Shown here in pieces: positions 55,991 through 64,000 of a stretch of 64,000 nucleotides of DNA (position 1 is its first letter; each line of letters begins with the position of its first letter). The stretch is from positions 9,261 to 73,260 of the forward strand of contig CAXHJY010000237.1 in assembly GCA_964016885.1 (NCBI GenBank), given 5' to 3'. The notes under the pieces were generated by a model. That model searched no databases, was not told where the DNA came from, and saw nothing but the letters and a program-made list of their open reading frames with translations. This DNA comes from Eledone cirrhosa. Taxonomy: Eukaryota. A program made the translations under genes and the position numbers.

Positions 55991-57935
55991 AGGGAAAAGG
56001 AGATGCCCTAGATAGGAGTAACTATAGAGGCATTAAATTAATCGACCAGGTCATGAAGGTCACGGAAAAAGTAATAGCGCAACTAATCAGAGAGAGAATT
56101 GATCTAGATGAAATGCAGTTCGGATTTGTGTCAGGCAAAAGTACCACAGACGCTCTTTTCATTGTACGACAACTACAGGAGAAGTACCTAGCTAAAAGTA
56201 AACCCCTATACTTAGCTTTCGTCGACTTGGAGAAAGCCTTCGACAGAGTCCCCCGTTCCATTATCTGGTGGTCTCTTAGAAAACTAGGTGTTGACGAATG
56301 GCTTGTGAGAGCTATACAAGCCATGTATAAAGAAACAGTCAGTAAGGTTAGAATTAACAACGAATATAGTGAAGAGTTTAGCGTAAAAGTTGGTGTCCAT
56401 CAGGGCTCTGTTCTTAGCCCCCTGCTATTTATTATTGCCCTTCAGGCTATAACAGAGGAGTTCAAGACCGGCTGCCCATGGGAACTCCTATACGCAGATG
56501 ATCTAACGCTCATAGCTGAATCAATGACCGAACTAGAGAAGAAATTCCAAACATGGAAGCACGGCCTAGAATCAAAAGGCCTTAAAATTAACCTGGCTAA
56601 GACTAAAGTTCTAGTTTGTAGGAAAGAAAATAAGGCGGCAGTCCCATCTGGGAAATGGCCATGCTCAGTGTGTAGGATAGGCGTAGGTAGAAACTCCATT
56701 TTATGTCCCAAATGCAAAGTATGGGTGCATAAAAGATGTAGTGGGATCACAGGTAAGCTAACTAAGAACATAGATTTTACATGTGGCCGGTGCTCTGGTG
56801 CAATAAGTAGCAGCAAGTGCCCACAAAATACTAGCTCCTTCAACTGCGCAGAGGGTTCTATAGAAATAGTGGACAGCTTCCGTTACCTGGGTGACAAAAT
56901 CAGCAGTGGGGGAGGGTGCTCTGAAAGTACAGTAGATAGAGTCAGAACTGGACGGAAAAAGTTCAGAGAGCTTATACCACTATTAGCCGCTAGAGGGTTC
57001 TCCCTAAAAATGAAAGGCAGGTTATACGATGCCTGCATACGAACAGCAATGCTGCATGGCAGTGAGACCTGGGCATTGTGTGCAGAGGATATACGCAGAC
57101 TAGAGAGGAACGAAGCTTGCATGCTCCGCTGGATGTGCAATAGTAATATACGTGAATGGCAAAGTATAAACGAACTAAGGAAAAAATTAGAAATAAGAGG
57201 GATCAGATGTTGTTTACTCGAGAGAAGGCTACGTTGGTACGGTCACGTGATGCGCATGAAAGACGACAGCTGTATAACAAAGTGCAGGGCAATAAAGATA
57301 GACGGTAGCCACGGAGCAGGCAGACCCAGAAAAACATGGGACGAGCTGATAAATTCCTACCTCACACGCTTACACCTCTCCAAGACAATGTCACTGGACC
57401 GAGACCTTTGGCGGTACTCAGTAATAGAGAAGACCCGCCTTACCTAAATACAAAGTAAAACCTACTACAGTCAGTAGGCATCTCTATCAAAACACCCCCC
57501 CGTCCCACCACCTCCACCCCATCCACACCGCCCCTTTCAATGTACAGTTATGTTGGTCCCACAACATCCAGGCCGAAACAAATGAGATCGTGTAGGTGTC
57601 ACAACAAAAAAAAAACACACAGTCCACGCTGTAAATGTGGCCGTGTAGGCAACACGGTAAAAACCTCCCAGCCCCACACTGTAAATGTGGTTGGTGTTAG
57701 GAAGGGCATCCAGCTGTAGAAAACCCGCCAGACAGTCCACGCTGTAATGTGGCCGTGTAGGCAACACGGTAAAAACCTCCCAGCCCCACACTGTAAATGT
57801 GGTTGGTGTTAGGAAGGGCATCCAACTGTAGAAAACCCGCCAGACAGTCCTATGCGAGCAAGACAACCACTCTTGCCTCAAGTGGGAAAACCCCACGTCC
57901 AAACCCATGCAAGCGTGGAACACGGACGCTAAACC

Positions 57936-57970
<35 letters not shown>
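55991..57970 (+). mobile_element. RTE-clade LINE, 5'-truncated at the start of the RT, intact 3'UTR and (GAT)n tail
   Basis: Open RT frame, ~490-bp 3'UTR and tail at 57936-57970; no endonuclease domain present. Confidence 0.97.
55993..57447 (+). CDS. RTE reverse transcriptase (partial, uninterrupted) with an internal PHD-type finger
   Basis: [73 protein letters not shown]; the frame is open upstream of the ATG at 56053. Confidence 0.93.
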   Translation, partial: GKGDALDRSNYRGIKLIDQVMKVTEKVIAQLIRERIDLDEMQFGFVSGKSTTDALFIVRQLQEKYLAKSKPLYLAFVDLEKAFDRVPRSIIWWSLRKLGVDEWLVRAIQAMYKETVSKVRINNEYSEEFSVKVGVHQGSVLSPLLFIIALQAITEEFKTGCPWELLYADDLTLIAESMTELEKKFQTWKHGLESKGLKINLAKTKVLVCRKENKAAVPSGKWPCSVCRIGVGRNSILCPKCKVWVHKRCSGITGKLTKNIDFTCGRCSGAISSSKCPQNTSSFNCAEGSIEIVDSFRYLGDKISSGGGCSESTVDRVRTGRKKFRELIPLLAARGFSLKMKGRLYDACIRTAMLHGSETWALCAEDIRRLERNEACMLRWMCNSNIREWQSINELRKKLEIRGIRCCLLERRLRWYGHVMRMKDDSCITKCRAIKIDGSHGAGRPRKTWDELINSYLTRLHLSKTMSLDRDLWRYSVIEKTRLT

Positions 57971-57972
<2 letters not shown>

Positions 57973-58014
57973 ATATATATATACATATATACATATATAC
58001 ATATCAGCATCAGC

Positions 58015-58414
58015 ATCAGCATCATCGTTTAACGTCCATGTTCCACGCTTGCATGGGTTTGGACGGGAGTTTTCCCACTTGAAGCAAGAGTGGTTGTCTT
58101 GCTCGCATAGGACTGTCTGGCGGGTTTTCTACAGTTGGATGCCCTTCCTAACACCAACCACATTTACAGTGTGGGGCTGGGAGGTTTTTACCGTGTTGCC
58201 TACACGGCCACATTACAGCGTGGACTGTCTGGCGGGTTTTCTACAGCTGGATGCCCTTCCTAACACCAACCACATTTACAGTGTGGGGCTGGGAGGTTTT
58301 TACCGTGTTGCCTACACGGCCACATTTACAGCGTGGACTGTGTGTTTTTTTTTTGTCGTGACACCTACACGATCTCATTTGTTTCGGCCTGGATTTTGTG
58401 GCACCAACATAACT
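58015..58414 (-). mobile_element. Inverted RTE 3'UTR copy, tail-to-tail with 55991-57970
   Basis: Reverse complement of 57546-57934 including the same internal 112/113-bp duplication. Confidence 0.92.
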
Positions 58415-58549
58415 TTGGGCTGTCCCACAAAAATGTATACGCTCTTCTATGACCTGCATAAAACAGCATTTAGAAGTGTTGAATAGAGGCGACAACGGGC
58501 TGTCCCACAAAAATGATATATATACATATATATATACATATATATATAT

Positions 58550-58582
<33 letters not shown>

Positions 58583-58589
58583 TATATAC

Positions 58590-58670
<81 letters not shown>

Positions 58671-58671
58671 C

Positions 58672-58702
<31 letters not shown>

Positions 58703-58750
58703 CATATATATATACATATATATATATATATACATATTCTTATAGCTTGG

Positions 58751-59410
58751 TCTAATTGATTTTTTATATGGTTAATTATGCTAATTGGGAGAGGAAATGG
58801 TATATATTTTATCTAGTGATTCTAAGGACATGATTTATGATATATTGCTCTGATTATTTAATTTATTAATTCTTCATTGAGCGACAACGTGACCGGTTGC
58901 AAAACATATATATCTATGACTTTATGTATATGTAAACCTTTATATTTAATAATCTCCCGTTAGGTTGAGATACAATTGGGCGATATCAGGCTGCGCTTTC
59001 TAGCAACAAGCCTACCCACCATAAGCAACTAATCACATTCTTTCTAACTTGACCACTGCCACGTCACGATTCTTAGCCATTTTTGAATCTATTTTTGGCG
59101 CGATCACTTTGGAAAAATTAAATGTCTAGTTTTGAGTTCACTCCTGATGAGTTCGAAACTCTGGACATATCCTGTTATTGGATGTCTTAAAATATGGACG
59201 AAACCATGGTAGAGATAATTACCATATGTACACATTTCTTCTAAGTTTGAATTTACACCTAATTGTGTATGGTAGATGGTATATTTAGTCCAGTTTCTAC
59301 ATGCTGTTGAAATGTGGAATAAATACTCTATCGGGGCACCGCGAAGAGGCCGCTTTCGGTTATTTGTCGAAAATTTCTTCATAGGAGCCTTTATTCTAAT
59401 TGATTTTATA
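58751..59410 (+). mobile_element. Non-coding HHR-bearing unit (solo PLE pLTR or retrozyme-like)
   Basis: Bounded by (TA)n; TCTAATTGATTTT at both 58751 and 59395; contains the HHR at 59141; 58766-58843 is copied inverted at 60493-60570. Confidence 0.6.
59141..59214 (+). ncRNA. Canonical minimal type-I hammerhead ribozyme
   Basis: CTC-CTGATGA-GTTC...GGAC-GAAA-CCATGG-TA-GAG: intact core, G-C at the base of stem II, palindromic stem III typical of PLE HHRs, predicted cleavage after GUA (59211). Confidence 0.8.
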
Positions 59411-59429
59411 TATATATGTATATGTATAT

Positions 59430-59737
59430 CCCTTTCAATGTAAAGTTATGTTGGAACAACAACATCCAGTCCGAAACAAATGAGGTGGTGTAGGTGTCAT
59501 GACAAAAAAAACACACAGTCCACGCTGTAATGTGGCCGTGTAGGTAACACGGTAAAAAACCTCCCAGTCCACACTGTAAACGTGGTTGGTGTTAGGAAGG
59601 GCATCCAGCCGTAGAAAACCCGCCAGACAGTCCTATGCGAGCAAGACAACCACTCTTGCCTCAAGTGGGAAAACTCCCGTCCAAACCCATGCAAGCGTGG
59701 AAGATGGACGTTAAACGATGATGATGATGATGATGAT
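59430..59737 (+). mobile_element. RTE 3'UTR fragment with (GAT)n tail
   Basis: Matches 57532-57970 but has a single copy of the UTR module. Confidence 0.9.
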
Positions 59738-60809
<1,072 letters not shown>

Positions 60810-60810
<1 letters not shown>

Positions 60811-60977
60811 ATGGACACACTAGAAGAGGAAGACCAAGGTTAACGTATGTTGATGCCCTAAGGACAGACACTGGTCTGTTGGAGACGCAGGACATGGCAG
60901 CGATAATGAGGGACAGAGACCGCTGGAGAGAACTCGTCCATGGATCTCGGGAATTTTACCCGCCTTAGAATAGAATA
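60810..60977 (+). mobile_element. Short RTE-like LINE 3' end (third family)
   Basis: [33 protein letters not shown]..stop, then a (TAGAA)2 tail; embedded in (TA)n. Confidence 0.8.
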
Positions 60978-61040
60978 TATATATATATATATACATACAT
61001 ATATATATACATATATATACATATATATATATATACATAC

Positions 61041-61072
<32 letters not shown>

Positions 61073-61116
61073 ATATACATATACATATATATATATACAT
61101 ATATATATATACATAC

Positions 61117-61193
<77 letters not shown>

Positions 61194-61194
61194 C

Positions 61195-61274
<80 letters not shown>

Positions 61275-61288
61275 TACATATATATATA

Positions 61289-61897
61289 TGGTGGCTGCCA
61301 AACTCGTTTTCGAGTACGGTCACTACTTTATATCCATGTAGGAGAACCCCTACCGATGCGCTGAACGAGTGTGACTTTTTAGTCCAGCCAGCGACTTGAA
61401 AACTCTGGTACAAACACTACACTTGTGACAATTATTGAAACATAGTGCTGGGCCCATGGTACCATGTGACGACAAGTGCAGAGAGATCTCCAGATATAAA
61501 GCAATGCCTGTGCCATGAAGCTTTTATAGTGAGCAAAGGCACTGCACAAAGCCAGTGCCACTCTCTTAACCAAGATGATATTTACCAAAAAGAAGAACAA
61601 GTCAACATCATTGGATACCATCAGGGTTGCAGGTGTTATATCAGAGTTTTCCTTCATCTAGAATTCTGCCTTGACAAAGGCTAAGGGATCATCTCTCCCG
61701 GTGATTTTGGATGGCCATTTACTCTTAAGAGCTCCTTTGGCCTTTGACAGGTTATGTTTTTAGTCCTGCGGGATGTCCAAAGTTACCCACCTCACCAAGA
61801 AACCTTGATGGGTTTGCCAGTTTAGTCGCCAACGACCCGACCATGAGACAGGTTGTACTGGGATACATGTTACCAGTGGCACCAACTGGTGACCTGA
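61289..61897 (-). mobile_element. Putative bipartite non-autonomous RTE (5'UTR joined to a 3' end with a C2H2 remnant)
   Basis: Minus strand: GGGTCGTTGGCGACTAAACTGGCAAACCC and CTAGATGAAGGAAAACTCTGA (RTE 5'UTR-like), then [25 protein letters not shown] (61427-61350); both ends in (TA)n. Confidence 0.6.
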
Positions 61898-62104
61898 CAT
61901 ATATATATATACATATATATATACATATATATATATATACATATATATATACATATATATATATACATACATATATATATACATATATATATACATACAT
62001 ATATATATATACATACATATATATATACATACATATATATATACATACATATATATATACATACATATATATATACATACATACATATATACATACATAT
62101 ATAT

Positions 62105-62200
<96 letters not shown>

Positions 62201-62250
62201 CATATATATATATACTTATTCGAATGAATACCTATATATATATATATATG
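61898..62250. repeat. Compound (TA)n/(TACA)n array
   Basis: Visible directly. Confidence 0.9.
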
Positions 62251-63195
62251 TAAATGTGTGCGTCTATGTATATATGTGTTGGTGTGTATATGTATGTGCA
62301 TACACACACATATATATGTATATACAATGGATAGATAAGCAAGATGAAGTAATTTAAAACATTTCCTTCGTCTTCAAGGTGTCGCAGTAAGAGATGAATG
62401 AAAGGAACAGAGAAAAACTTCGCCCAAGCTTCCTTAATTATCTATCATAACAAGAGCGTAGTGGTGGTGTGTATAGTTTCTGGGTTCAAATCCCGCCGAG
62501 GTCAATTTTGCTTTTCATCCTTACGTGGTCGATGAAATAAAGTACCAGTAACGCACTGGGGTTGATATAATCAACTTTTCCCTCCTCCAACCTCAATCAG
62601 AACCCATTAATGTACAACGTGACCAGGCCACACAACCAACATCAACAGTAACAAAAAGCTTTTTATCCTAAAACACGTTATTGGAGTAGGTTCAATTATT
62701 AAGATTAAAAATACATTCTAACGATTAGCCATTATTGTCTGTGATGTCGAAACTAGTCGCTTAAAAACTGTTTCCCTCTTGGGAGAGATCTTCGTTAAAA
62801 GCAGCAGATTGTTCAAACTCATTAGCTTCCATATATATGTTGAATATGTTTGGGTAGTAACACATTTAGACACGTTTATATCCTTCCATACATACACACA
62901 AACATACATACATACTTTCATGAATATATATATTATATATAGATACCTACACACACCTACATATACTCTTCATACAATATGCATGCATTTCTCAGTAGGT
63001 TGTTCATGATGTCCTTATGCATATGTATATATATATGTGTGTGTTTGTGTAATATGTACATATGTGTGTGTATGTATATATATATATATATATATGTATG
63101 TGTATATATGTATATATATATACATATATATATATGTATGTGTATACATATATATATATATGTATGTATGTATATACATGTATGTATATATATAC

Positions 63196-63226
<31 letters not shown>

Positions 63227-63589
63227 CATACATATATATATATGTATATATATATACATACATATATATATACATACATTTATATATATATACATACATA
63301 TATATATATCATATTGGAGCGTGTGGTCCATCTATACACGCGAGAGATAATTTATAGAAGGATCCCCTTTAGACATTTCAAACTATCAGACGATACTTTT
63401 GTTCCATTCACGTAAGTTGCTAATGAACGGTATTTGTACATAGACTAACTATATTTAGGCATGTTTCATTGATAAGTTAGTGATGTGTGGTATAGGGTGG
63501 TGGTGAGGTAGAGGTGTGGCGAAAGAATCGAAAGAGAGAATAGAATACATGCCGGCAGACGATGACAGATATAGAGATTGATATGAATT

Positions 63590-63730
63590 AGAAGGATAGA
63601 TAGACAGGTAGATAATCAGATAGATAGATAGATGGATAGATAGCTAGATGGATAGATAGATAGATAAGTAGATAGATAGACAAGCAGATAGACGATAGGG
63701 CGATATATAGATAACTGGATAGGTAGATAT
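63590..63730. repeat. (GATA)n microsatellite
   Basis: Visible directly. Confidence 0.9.
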
Positions 63731-63790
63731 ATGTATATACAAATATCAGATATAAGTATATACATTGCATATACATGTGTGGGTGGTGCA

Positions 63791-63844
<54 letters not shown>

Positions 63845-63869
63845 TATAGACCCCAGACACACACTCATG

Positions 63870-63901
<32 letters not shown>

Positions 63902-64000
63902 ACTAGAAGCAGATTAACTGTAGCAATTTCAAACAAAACTCTCTCTACATGTTAAATACTCACCACACATGCAAGTATTGTACGTGTATATACTCATATA

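Overview
AT-rich, microsatellite-dense, repeat-dominated eukaryotic DNA. The SINE/LINE repertoire looks like a coleoid cephalopod, probably Octopus; this is an inference. I found no convincing host exon. The window holds four 5'-truncated RTE-clade LINEs (one with an uninterrupted RT frame carrying a PHD-type C4HC3 finger inside the RT), many RTE 3'-end fragments, tRNA-derived SINEs, MITEs and decayed Penelope-like (PLE) remnants. The most notable layer is a set of short non-coding fold-back inserts in (TA)n runs. Two carry a minimal type-I hammerhead (HHR) or HHR-like motif in each arm, facing outward (38842-39227, 37808-38256). There is also a canonical HHR in a ~650-bp terminally redundant unit (58751-59410), a perfect 102-bp-arm palindrome, several (TA)n-centred snap-back palindromes and a ~390-bp-arm RTE 3'UTR hairpin whose arms share a private duplication. 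All structures were read by eye; no alignments, folding or database searches were run.
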